DNA from: an uncultured delta proteobacterium
GTDB lineage: Bacteria; Desulfobacterota; Desulfobacteria; Desulfobacterales; B30-G6
Assembly (NCBI GenBank): GCA_963842925.1
Contig: CAWJIL010000009.1
Span: 6,244 to 70,243 of the forward strand
Reading direction: 5' to 3'
DNA: 64,000 nt
Shown: positions 8,185 to 16,749 of the stretch, piece after piece
How the letters are laid out: each line of letters starts with the position of its first letter
Numbering within the stretch: the stretch's first letter is position 1
The notes under the pieces: generated by a model
Seen by the model: the letters and a program-made list of their open reading frames with translations, nothing else
What the model was told of the DNA's origin: nothing
The model's database searches: none
Position numbers and translations under genes: made by a program

Positions 8185-8422
8185 GAGAAAGGGTTCTAGG
8201 GGTCCAGGATTCGAGGATTCAAGTGTTTGTTTTCCGGGAAATTGCTCATCGCTTTCAGGATTCCCACAACATCCCCGAACTCCTCTCTTAATTCCTGAAG
8301 CCTCTCTTTTCCAATATAGCCCAAGTCACCGGATATCATTTTTCGGGATTCAGTAAACGCGAAAGTTGAATTATTAGGTCTGGCACGCGAAGCCTGGACC
8401 CCTGGAATCCTGGAACCCTTAT
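8185..8422. repeat. hairpin repeat whose loop carries a gene relic
   Basis: Arms agggttctaggggtccaggattcgagg (left) and cctggacccctggaatcctggaaccct (right). Confidence 0.7.
8196..8339 (-). pseudogene. C-terminal relic of a four-helix-bundle (23S rRNA IVS / Avd-like) protein gene
   Basis: The 47-aa peptide MISGDLGYIGKERLQELREEFGDVVGILKAMSNF... matches the typical last helix (DLGYI..E....L....E.....L) of that family. Confidence 0.45.
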
Positions 8423-8664
8423 TTATGTATACCGTCGTTGTTGCAGTTCAAGTCAATAAGGTAGCAGCCTCATTGATAAATGCAACTGTATTTTGTTCAA
8501 GATAGGGTACAATATATGGCAAAGTTGCCAAATCTGTGCTAATGCAAGATAACAATATCTGGGTAGAATCGTTACACGATTTTATCAAACACGACATTGT
8601 CGCTCCGGTGACAAAAAGTTTTTGATCTTTTTAAAACAAATAAAAATGATTCAAGGAGAAAAAA

Positions 8665-9057
8665 ATGAAAATTATGGTTTGCTTTGATGGTTCCAAATCA
8701 TCCAAAGAGGCAGTTCGTCTGGCCACCGAGCATGCGCAGGCTTTTGGCGGATCAATCGCCATTGTCACATCCATGGTAAAGGGGACCGAGTCCCAGAGAG
8801 GGGATATCGAAAAGGCGGAGCTCGACCTTGAATACGAAAAAAATATCGTAGTCAATGAAGGTGTCGCTTGTGAATACCACCTGCTTATCCGGGGTCTTTC
8901 CGCAGGAGAAGATCTTCTTCACTTTGCTGAAGAACAGAAAATTGATGAAATCATTATCGGCATCAAACGTCGCTCCAAGGTAGAAAAACTTGTATTTGGT
9001 TCGACGGCTCAGTATGTGATTTTGAAGGCGCTTTGTCCGGTCGTCACAGTTAAGTAG
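8665..9057 (+). CDS. universal stress protein (UspA family)
   Basis: KIMVCFDGSKSS N-terminus and GSTAQYVILKALCPVVTVK C-terminus are typical of Usp. Confidence 0.85.
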   Translation: MKIMVCFDGSKSSKEAVRLATEHAQAFGGSIAIVTSMVKGTESQRGDIEKAELDLEYEKNIVVNEGVACEYHLLIRGLSAGEDLLHFAEEQKIDEIIIGIKRRSKVEKLVFGSTAQYVILKALCPVVTVK

Positions 9058-9060
9058 GTA

Positions 9061-9352
9061 CCCGGGTCCAAAGGACCCGGCACTGATTCAACCCTATAAG
9101 GGTTAAAGTTAACCACATTCATCGTGTGATAAAATCTAAATCCGAATATCGAAATACGAAACAAATCCAAATATCAAATGTTCAAATGTTTCAAACAGAA
9201 TGCTTAAATTGGTATCGCCAAGGTCTTGTTTTGATCATTCGAATTTGGATCATTCGGTATTGTTTAGGATTTCGAATTTCGTGCTTCGGATTTAAGTAAA
9301 AAGCACCATCTGTATAGTCAAATTTCTCTGACCTGGCCCAAAGGACCCGGTT
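9061..9352 (+). repeat. RepA composite element, full-length reference copy
   Basis: Left end cccgggtccaaaggacccggcactgattcaaccctataaggg. Two related inverted arms rich in cgaaatN words. Right end ctctgacctggcccaaaggacccggtt. Confidence 0.85.
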
Positions 9353-9400
9353 ATAAATGACCTAAGAAAATTGCCACACGATCATATCAGGAGATCATAA

Positions 9401-10282
9401 ATGAAGGGAAATTTATTTCTGAATCTGGTGAACGACAGAATCGTTTTTTTTGACGGTGCCATGGGTACCATGTTGCTGGCGGCCGGTCTTCCAAGCGGTG
9501 GCGTCCCGGAAATATGGAATCTCGAGAAACCCGATGTTGTCATGGAGGTCTACCAGCAGTATTTCAATGCCGGTGCCGACGTGGTTCACACCAACACATT
9601 TGGCGCATCAACACTCAAACTTGGCGTCAAGGGACATGCCGAGCAAATGGAAGCCATCAACATGGCAGCGGTCCAGCTTGCCAGACGTGTTTGCCCGGAG
9701 AATGCATTTGTGGCAGGAGACCTGGGACCTAGCGGAGAGATGCTCCAACCCATGGGAAAGGCTACATTTGAAATTTTCGAAGAAGCTTTCTTTCTCCAGG
9801 CTGCGGCACTTATCAAGGGTGGTGCAGACATCATCAGTATCGAAACCATGTTTTCCCTTGATGAGGCCACCGCTGCACTCAAAGGCGCTAAACGCGCTGG
9901 AAATATCCCGGTCGTTGCCGGTATTACATACAACAAGACCCCCAATGGGTTTTATACCATGATGGGTGAGACCATTGAGCAATGTGCCAACACCTTGGTA
10001 GAAAATGGTGCAGATGCCGTGGCTTGTAATTGTACACTCGGCAGCAGCGACTTCATCGAACTCGTAAGGGAGCTGCGCAAAGCCACCACCAAACCCATTT
10101 TGATTCAACCCAACGCCGGAAAACCGATTCCAAAAGACAACATCACCCTATACGAGCAGACACCATCGGAGTTTGCCGCTGATATCAAACGGATCATCGA
10201 TGAAGGCGCCGACATGGTGGGAGGCTGCTGTGGTACCAATGCTGCATTTATCGAAGAAATGGTGAGAACTGTCGGCAAATAA
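9401..10282 (+). CDS. homocysteine S-methyltransferase-domain protein
   Basis: Zn-ligand motifs ACNC and GGCCGT. Stand-alone domain like the MetH N-terminus. Confidence 0.8.
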   Translation: MKGNLFLNLVNDRIVFFDGAMGTMLLAAGLPSGGVPEIWNLEKPDVVMEVYQQYFNAGADVVHTNTFGASTLKLGVKGHAEQMEAINMAAVQLARRVCPENAFVAGDLGPSGEMLQPMGKATFEIFEEAFFLQAAALIKGGADIISIETMFSLDEATAALKGAKRAGNIPVVAGITYNKTPNGFYTMMGETIEQCANTLVENGADAVACNCTLGSSDFIELVRELRKATTKPILIQPNAGKPIPKDNITLYEQTPSEFAADIKRIIDEGADMVGGCCGTNAAFIEEMVRTVGK

Positions 10283-10319
10283 ATTCGCTTCGCGAATTTA
10301 TGAAACGCGGCGCTGCCGC
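10278..10319 (+). repeat. twin-hairpin 3' motif (TH) copy
   Basis: aaataaattcgc-ttcg-cgaattt followed by gcggc-gct-gccgc. The upstream stop codon TAA lies inside the first stem. Confidence 0.75.
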
Positions 10320-10575
10320 TTAAAAACATGCAGTTATCTTTTAGTTGCGGTTATAGTGATTCTCATAATTACGTACTGGTTGATTTGAAGAGACTATCAT
10401 TTTTGGCTCTTCTCCAATTTAGTTGGAGAAGAAGGGTCCCAGGACCCTATGTGATCAATCGTACTCCAGACAAAGGTCACTCCTAATTGACATTATGGCA
10501 CCAACTAATCGGAAGATGATCCATTTATTACAACCAGCTTTTAATCATGAACCCAGAAAAGAGGGAGGTAGATGA

Positions 10576-11568
10576 ATGAAAAGAATAGCATGTTTATGGG
10601 GCGTTCTCGTAATTATCAGTCTGGTATTGCCACTGGCCGCTTCGGCAGAGATGCTTCGCATCGGGGAAGCACAGATTGTTTCCCATCCGGCCCTGGACAA
10701 CGATTCCAAAGGCTTTAAGGCCGCCCTTGAAGAGGAAGGATTCATCGAGGGAGAGAACATCATCATCGATCGTCAAAACGCCCAGGGCGAACAACCGAAC
10801 TGTGCCATCATTGCAAGAAAATTCGAAGATGACAGGGTCCATCTAATTCATGCCATCAGCACACCCAATGCCCAGGCTTCGGTGAAAGTATCAAAAACCA
10901 TTCCCATCGTCTTTTCATCGGTGACGGATCCTGTGGCCACCGGCATCGTGCCAAAACTCGGTCCCACAGGAACCCATGTTACAGGCGTCAGTGACCGATG
11001 GCCCATCGAGCTGCAGTGTAAAATGTACCAGGATCTGGTCCCTTATGCTAAACGGTGGGGAACCATATACAACCCCGGTGACGTCAACGTGACCTTTCAT
11101 ATCCAGGAAATGAAATCCGCCATCGAAAAATTAGGGGGCAAGCTGGTTGAAGCCCATATATCCAGCAGCTCAGAGGTGTTGCAGGCTGCGCAAAGTCTGG
11201 TGGGACGCGTGGATGCCATCCATATAACCTCGGACAACACAGCGGTTTCCGCCTTCGAATCCATTACCAAGGTTTGCAATGACAACAATATTCCTCTCTT
11301 TGCCGGTGACCGTGACAGCACCGCCAGGGGGGCCGTGGCCGCCTACGGGCTCGACTATTTCAAGATCGGATATACGGCGGGAAAAAAGGCAGCCCTAATA
11401 CTCAAAGGAAAAGATGCCGGTGAGGTACCTGCAGGTCTGGCTTCGGGTTATAGTTTGTGGGTCAGCCTGAAACATGCCCGTGAACAAGGCCTGAAACTTC
11501 CCCGGACCTTGATCGAAAAAGCGTCCGACAAACTTTGGGACGAGCAAGGGCAGGTGATAAAACCCTAG
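10576..11568 (+). CDS. ABC transporter substrate-binding protein (COG2984 type)
   Basis: Signal peptide. Followed by a cognate permease and ATPase. Confidence 0.75.
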   Translation: MKRIACLWGVLVIISLVLPLAASAEMLRIGEAQIVSHPALDNDSKGFKAALEEEGFIEGENIIIDRQNAQGEQPNCAIIARKFEDDRVHLIHAISTPNAQASVKVSKTIPIVFSSVTDPVATGIVPKLGPTGTHVTGVSDRWPIELQCKMYQDLVPYAKRWGTIYNPGDVNVTFHIQEMKSAIEKLGGKLVEAHISSSSEVLQAAQSLVGRVDAIHITSDNTAVSAFESITKVCNDNNIPLFAGDRDSTARGAVAAYGLDYFKIGYTAGKKAALILKGKDAGEVPAGLASGYSLWVSLKHAREQGLKLPRTLIEKASDKLWDEQGQVIKP

Positions 11569-11585
11569 GATAAGTGTTTCAACAC

Positions 11586-11784
11586 TTAAATCCGAAGCAC
11601 GAAATTCGAAATTCTAAACAATACCGAATGATCAAAACGAGACCTCGGAGATACAAGGTAGATTCTGCCGTACGGCAGGACGTTCTTTGTAGCTTGCTGC
11701 ACAGGCTTTTCAAGTTTTTGAACATTTGATATTTGAATTTGTTTCGTATTTCGATATTCGATATTCGAATTTATCACATTGGTG
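11586..11784 (-). repeat. RepA copy with a variant centre
   Basis: aaatccgaagcacgaaattcgaaattctaaacaataccgaatgatc ... tttgaacatttgatatttgaatttgtttcgtatttcgatattcg. Confidence 0.85.
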
Positions 11785-11789
11785 ACAAA

Positions 11790-12692
11790 ATGTTCTTCGA
11801 GGGTATCCTTAGAGTTGTGCCGGTTTCTCTTGAGCTGGGTCTGGCCTATGCACTTGTTGCACTGGGCATTGTTATCAGCTTTCGAATTCTTGCGTTTCCG
11901 GACCTGACAGTGGACGGTAGTTTTGCACTGGGGGGAGCCGTTGCCGCCCGTCTGATCGTAGAGGGCGTCTCCCCCCTTGTCAGCATTCTCATTTCCGTTG
12001 TCTGTGGATTCGCTGCCGGCTGCTGTACAGGCTTTCTCAATACCCGATTAAAAATTAACAGTCTTTTGGCCGGCATTTTAATGATGACCATGCTGTATTC
12101 CATCAATCTGCGCATCATGGGCCGGTCGAACATTCAATTGTTGACCGTCGATACCATCCTGACACCCCTGGAAAACCTGGATATCAATCGCTTTATCCCC
12201 ATTATTCTTTTCTTTCTGGTGGTATGCATTGTCATGAAAATACTCCTGGACCTTTTTCTGCACACCCAGATCGGCTTTGCCATGCGGGCCACCGGTGACA
12301 ATGAACAGATGATTCGCACGCTTGGGGTGAACACGGATAATATGACCATTCTTGGATTGGGTATTTCCAACGCTTTTGTGGCATTGTCCGGTGCCTTGGT
12401 AGCACAAGATCAAGGGTTTGCAGACATCGGCATGGGGATCGGTATGATCGTATCCGTACTGGCTGCCATCATTATCGGGGAAACCCTCATTAAGGCGAAG
12501 TCCGTGCAACGCATGACACTGGCAGCGGTTATCGGATCGATTGTTTACAAGCTGATTATCTCCATCGGCCTGCGACTGGGTCTGGCGCCCACCGATTTGA
12601 AAATGGCCACTGGAATTATGGTCATTTTAGCCCTCGGTATTCCTGCCCTGAAAAAAGGGAAGGAGAGCAAGATGCGCCTGAGAGGTATATGA
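11790..12692 (+). CDS. ABC transporter permease (COG4120 type)
   Basis: Multi-pass hydrophobic protein. The track ORF starts at 11733, but its first 19 codons lie in RepA, so the Met at 11790 is preferred. Confidence 0.75.
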   Translation: MFFEGILRVVPVSLELGLAYALVALGIVISFRILAFPDLTVDGSFALGGAVAARLIVEGVSPLVSILISVVCGFAAGCCTGFLNTRLKINSLLAGILMMTMLYSINLRIMGRSNIQLLTVDTILTPLENLDINRFIPIILFFLVVCIVMKILLDLFLHTQIGFAMRATGDNEQMIRTLGVNTDNMTILGLGISNAFVALSGALVAQDQGFADIGMGIGMIVSVLAAIIIGETLIKAKSVQRMTLAAVIGSIVYKLIISIGLRLGLAPTDLKMATGIMVILALGIPALKKGKESKMRLRGI

Positions 12693-13474
12693 TGCTTGAA
12701 TTGAAAGCTGTCAGGAAAGTATTCAATACGGGTACGCCGGATGAAAAAGTTGCCATTGACGATATCGATATCGTGCTTGGCAAAGGTGAGTTCCTCACCA
12801 TTATCGGTAGTAATGGGGCTGGGAAAACCACGCTTTTGAATCTGATCACCGGGACCTGCGAAGCAGACAAAGGCGACATCTTCATCGATGGATTAAATGT
12901 CACCCATCTCCCGGAACACAAACGGGCCGTATATATGGGCCGCATTTTTCAGAACCCGCTCATGGGAACGGCCGCTTCCATGACCATCGAAGAAAACCTC
13001 GGCATGGCTGATCTGCGTGGTAAAACCCGGACCCTGCGATGGGGGGTTTCCCGCAAAAGACGCACGCATTACATCCAATTATTGAAAAAAATGAAGTTAG
13101 GGCTGGAAGATCGCTTGAAACAATCGGTGAACCTCCTTTCCGGTGGTCAACGCCAATCTTTGACGCTCCTGATGGCAACCCTGTCACTCCCCAAACTACT
13201 GCTCATGGATGAACACACCGCTGCGCTGGACCCCAAAACCGCCATGCGGGTGATGAAACTGACGGCAGAGATTATTCATCAGCATCAACTCACCGCCATC
13301 ATGGTGACGCATAACATGGAGCAGGCCATCAAATACGGAAACCGCCTGATCATGCTGCATGAAGGCAGGGTGCAGCTCGACATCCGTGGCAGTGAAAAGG
13401 AATGCTTTACTGTGGAAGAAGCGGTCAAGCGGTTTGGTTCAAAGCTTAAAGACGAGACATTGTTGTCATGCTAA
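12689..13474 (+). CDS. ABC transporter ATP-binding protein
   Basis: Walker A GSNGAGKTT, signature LSGGQRQ, Walker B LLLMDE. ATGA overlap with the permease gene. Confidence 0.9.
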   Translation: MMLELKAVRKVFNTGTPDEKVAIDDIDIVLGKGEFLTIIGSNGAGKTTLLNLITGTCEADKGDIFIDGLNVTHLPEHKRAVYMGRIFQNPLMGTAASMTIEENLGMADLRGKTRTLRWGVSRKRRTHYIQLLKKMKLGLEDRLKQSVNLLSGGQRQSLTLLMATLSLPKLLLMDEHTAALDPKTAMRVMKLTAEIIHQHQLTAIMVTHNMEQAIKYGNRLIMLHEGRVQLDIRGSEKECFTVEEAVKRFGSKLKDETLLSC

Positions 13475-13485
13475 AAACATATGAG

Positions 13486-13780
13486 CAGAGAATACAGAAG
13501 TCAGAAGCCAGGAGACAGAAGTCAGGAGACAGAAGAATTTGGATGTCGCTTCGCTCCTACAATTTTATCCGCCTTCGCAGAATACCACGGCATGCCCGTG
13601 GATGAATGCTAAAAATTAAGTTCATTGCTAGGGCGCGATGTCACCCCATGGAAAAGGCGAAGACAGGTATTTTAATCGCCCTTCTTTTTGACTGAGCCGA
13701 AGGCGAATCCATTATTCTGAATTCTGAATTCTGTCTCCTGTCTTCTGTATTCCCTTTCGAACTGTTTCAGGCAGAGCCAA
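13486..13780 (+). repeat. RepB element, long form with a nested insert
   Basis: cagaagN heptamer arm, ggatgtcgcttcgctcc, ~110-nt insert, gactgagccgaaggcgaatcc, then a ttctgaa heptamer arm. Confidence 0.85.
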
Positions 13781-13819
13781 TCGTCTCTGACCTGGCCCAA
13801 AGGACTAGGTTTTTACTAT

Positions 13820-15118
13820 ATGAAAATCATCGCCACCCATCGAAATGCGGATTTTGACGCACTGGCATCTGTCATGGCAGTTAGAATACTTTTTCCAGAT
13901 GCAATTCCTGTTCTTCCCAAACAGGTCAACCCCAATGTCAAAGCATTTTTATCCATCCACAAGGATGTTTTTAACTTCTATACTTTCAAGGATGTCGATC
14001 TGACCCAGGTGGAGCAATTGAAGGTGGTGGACACCAACAAATGGGAACGTCTGGAAGGATTGGCGGATCTCAAGACAAGAAGCGATCTTGATATTCAGCT
14101 CTGGGATCACCACCCCATACGTGGCAACATCACCACCCCCAGGAAGAACTGTGAAATCATCGGGGCCACCATCACCTTGTTGATACGCAGGATAAAACAA
14201 GAACGAAAAATGCTAAGCCCCATTCAGGCAACCCTTTTTCTTCTGGGGATCTACGAAGACACGGGCAACCTGACCTTTCCATCCACAACAGCGGAAGATG
14301 CCTTTGCTGTGGCCTATTTACTTGAGCGAAAAGCCGACCTGACGGTTGCTACATCTTTTTTAAGACCGGCTTATGGTGAAAAACAAAAAGAGATCCTTTT
14401 CAGCATGCTCCAGGATGCCGAACGTCTTCGGATAAAGGGGCTCACCATCAGCATCAGCCACATCGAGGTAGGTGGTCATGTAGACAGTCTGGCTGTGGTC
14501 ATGCGCATGTATCGTGAGATATTGAACGTCGATGCTGCGGTGGGAATTTTCTCCAACCAACAGAAAAATACCTGTATGGTGATCGGGCGGAGTCATGCCG
14601 ATGAAATCGACATTGGTTTGATCATGCGGGGTCTTGGCGGTGGTGGCCATCCAGGGGCCGGCTCTGCCATGGTAAAAAACAGTCATCCAAAGGATGTCCA
14701 TGATAACATTCTGACCCTGTTCCAGGGACACCAGCCGGCATCGGTTCAAATCAGCGACATCATGTCTTTTCCCGTGGTAAGCGCACAATCCACCGACACC
14801 ATGGAAGCGGTGGCTCTTCTGCTGCGGGAGAAAGGATGCACAGGTGTACCTGTGCTGGAAAACAATGCGCTTGTGGGAATTATTTCCAGGCGGGATTTTC
14901 AAAAAATTAAAAAAACATCCCAGATGAAATCACCGGTAAAAGCATATATGAGCAGAAAGATCATCACCATCGCACCGGGCAAGAGCCCAACCAAGGCAGC
15001 TCAGCAGATGGTGAAATACGATGTGGGTCGACTTCCGGTGGTGGAAAAGGGCAGGGTTATCGGCATCGTAACCCGGTCTGATACGATGTTGTACTTCTAT
15101 GATCAATTGCCGGATTAG
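13820..15118 (+). CDS. DHH/DHHA1 phosphoesterase fused to a CBS pair
   Basis: DHH (LWDHH) and GGGGH motifs, with two C-terminal CBS modules. Confidence 0.8.
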   Translation: MKIIATHRNADFDALASVMAVRILFPDAIPVLPKQVNPNVKAFLSIHKDVFNFYTFKDVDLTQVEQLKVVDTNKWERLEGLADLKTRSDLDIQLWDHHPIRGNITTPRKNCEIIGATITLLIRRIKQERKMLSPIQATLFLLGIYEDTGNLTFPSTTAEDAFAVAYLLERKADLTVATSFLRPAYGEKQKEILFSMLQDAERLRIKGLTISISHIEVGGHVDSLAVVMRMYREILNVDAAVGIFSNQQKNTCMVIGRSHADEIDIGLIMRGLGGGGHPGAGSAMVKNSHPKDVHDNILTLFQGHQPASVQISDIMSFPVVSAQSTDTMEAVALLLREKGCTGVPVLENNALVGIISRRDFQKIKKTSQMKSPVKAYMSRKIITIAPGKSPTKAAQQMVKYDVGRLPVVEKGRVIGIVTRSDTMLYFYDQLPD

Positions 15119-15121
15119 AAG

Positions 15122-15199
15122 AGGTTTTTAGACTGTTAGGCTATTAGGCTGTTAGACTGTTAGCGGCTAATATCTAATAGTCTAACAGCCTAAAAACCT
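15122..15199. repeat. word hairpin (ttag / ctaa words)
   Basis: aggtttttagactgttaggctattagg ... cctaatag..cagcctaaaaacct. Related to 19957-20065. Confidence 0.75.
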
Positions 15200-15211
15200 A
15201 AAAAGTTCCCT

Positions 15212-15724
15212 TCAAGATCTGGTCTCATATTGTTGAACGATGTTCTGAATTCTTTCTTCAACAAAGGCAATGAGTTCTTTGGTGGTTTCTGTGGAGATGG
15301 TCTCGACACCCTGGGCCAGGCTTTCCACTTTTTCTTCTTCGATTCCGGTGATCTTGTTGATCAGAAATGCATCAACTTCACCGTCATCCATGCATTTTCC
15401 ACAGGCCCCCACGGCACCGACAAAGGTGTCCCCCACAAAAACGGGCACCACAATTTTGACGATGCCGGCATCGCATTCCTCCACAACCGCCTGTCCGCTG
15501 TTACGGGCCATGACAGCCAGGTTCATGTGAGCCACCGCACAAATAAAGCTTTGCCCTTTATCGGTGGCTTTGATCTCGGGACATATCTTGTTCACCCATG
15601 CTTTATAGGGTGTAATCCGGATGCCGTCGGTGTTGAAGACATTGGTATCCAAGCCATATCGTTTGTGGATCTCTTTTTCCAGGTTCATCCATTCTTCCAC
15701 CGACAAAAGGTCTGTCAATTTCAT
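15212..15724 (-). CDS. stand-alone PocR ligand-binding domain protein
   Basis: PocR-type core (FICAVAHMNLAVMARNSGQAVVEECDAGIVKIVVPVFVGDTFVGAVGACG). The Met at 15724 gives an ATGA overlap with the oleD stop; the track start is 15736. Confidence 0.7.
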   Translation of the reverse strand: MKLTDLLSVEEWMNLEKEIHKRYGLDTNVFNTDGIRITPYKAWVNKICPEIKATDKGQSFICAVAHMNLAVMARNSGQAVVEECDAGIVKIVVPVFVGDTFVGAVGACGKCMDDGEVDAFLINKITGIEEEKVESLAQGVETISTETTKELIAFVEERIQNIVQQYETRS

Positions 15725-16749
15725 TTTTCCATCCATTCCTTTAGTTGCTTCAATCCCTCTGTTTGCGACACCTCCGGCACGTAGCCCAGATCCCTTTTTG
15801 CAGCGCTGATATCAAACCAGTGACTCTTGGATAGCTCGTTGGCCAGAAAACGGGTCATTCTGGGTTCAGATCTAATTCCCAGGCTTTTATAAACACTTTC
15901 CAAAACCCAGCCAATGGCATACGCAAGACCTTTGGGAATAGATTTTTTTACCGGTGGCTGACCAGCGGCAGCTAAGAGATGGTTCACCATGTCCCACAGA
16001 TAAACAGGCTCTCCCTGGCTGATAAAGTAGATACGGCCTGAAAGTTGTTGGTTTGCCATCAGTTTTTGGGCTGCCAGGACATGGGCCTGGGCCGCGTTGT
16101 CGATATAGGTTGTGTCGATGCGGTTTTTACCGTCACCCACCCGTCTGAGGGTCTTGGCCTGTTTGACAATCCTTGGCACAAAATGGGTGTCCCCCGGTCC
16201 CCATATCAAGTGGGGCCGCAGTATGATTGCCTGGACCACACCCTCCTGGCATGCCTGGAGCACAAGCCGCTCAGCCTGGGCCTTGGTTTCCTGGTAGGCG
16301 GTCTGATATCCATCGGGGTAGGGGACCGACTCATCCACACCCATCACATCGGCTTCCCCATCATAAACCACACTGGGAGAACTGGTGTAGATCAAATAGG
16401 CAATCCCTTGCTGTTTGCAGGCTTGGATAATGTTGCGGGTACCAACGACATTGGTCTCATGGAAGCCTTGATGGGCTCCCCACATGCCGCCGGTTTTAGC
16501 CGCCACATGAAACACAAGATCCCGATGCTCACACGCTTTTTCCACGGCAGCCGGATCACTGATATCCCCCTGAAGCTGTTCTACACCCAGGGCATCCAGT
16601 GCTGCATACTGTTTCCGACTCAAGGATCTGATGTTCGGCGTGTGCTTCAAGAGGCGCTTGATAAGCGCTTTGCCAAGAAATCCACCGCCACCTGTCACGA
16701 GAACGCGGGAATCTTTCAAGATGAGGTTGTCGGTTAGCTTTGTTGACAT
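15721..16749 (-). CDS. oleD: OleD, NAD(P)H-dependent 3-beta-HSD/SDR-family reductase
   Basis: Rossmann motif VTGGGGFLG. Position in the oleABCD order. The first 10 codons of the track ORF (to 16779) lie in a RepA end-module, so the Met at 16749 is preferred. Confidence 0.8.
   Translation of the reverse strand: MSTKLTDNLILKDSRVLVTGGGGFLGKALIKRLLKHTPNIRSLSRKQYAALDALGVEQLQGDISDPAAVEKACEHRDLVFHVAAKTGGMWGAHQGFHETNVVGTRNIIQACKQQGIAYLIYTSSPSVVYDGEADVMGVDESVPYPDGYQTAYQETKAQAERLVLQACQEGVVQAIILRPHLIWGPGDTHFVPRIVKQAKTLRRVGDGKNRIDTTYIDNAAQAHVLAAQKLMANQQLSGRIYFISQGEPVYLWDMVNHLLAAAGQPPVKKSIPKGLAYAIGWVLESVYKSLGIRSEPRMTRFLANELSKSHWFDISAAKRDLGYVPEVSQTEGLKQLKEWMEK

Noticed and set aside
9450-10108. Alternative-frame ORFs (170, 72, 119 and 166 aa) within the homocysteine methyltransferase gene
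   Set aside because: The main frame carries the diagnostic Zn-ligand motifs. The alternative frames are compositional shadows.
16045-16737. 230-aa plus-strand ORF antisense to oleD (and similarly 56128-57000 antisense to the symporter, 17065-17796 antisense to oleC)
   Set aside because: The opposite strand carries clear family motifs. These are antisense shadows with Gly/Arg/His-rich composition.
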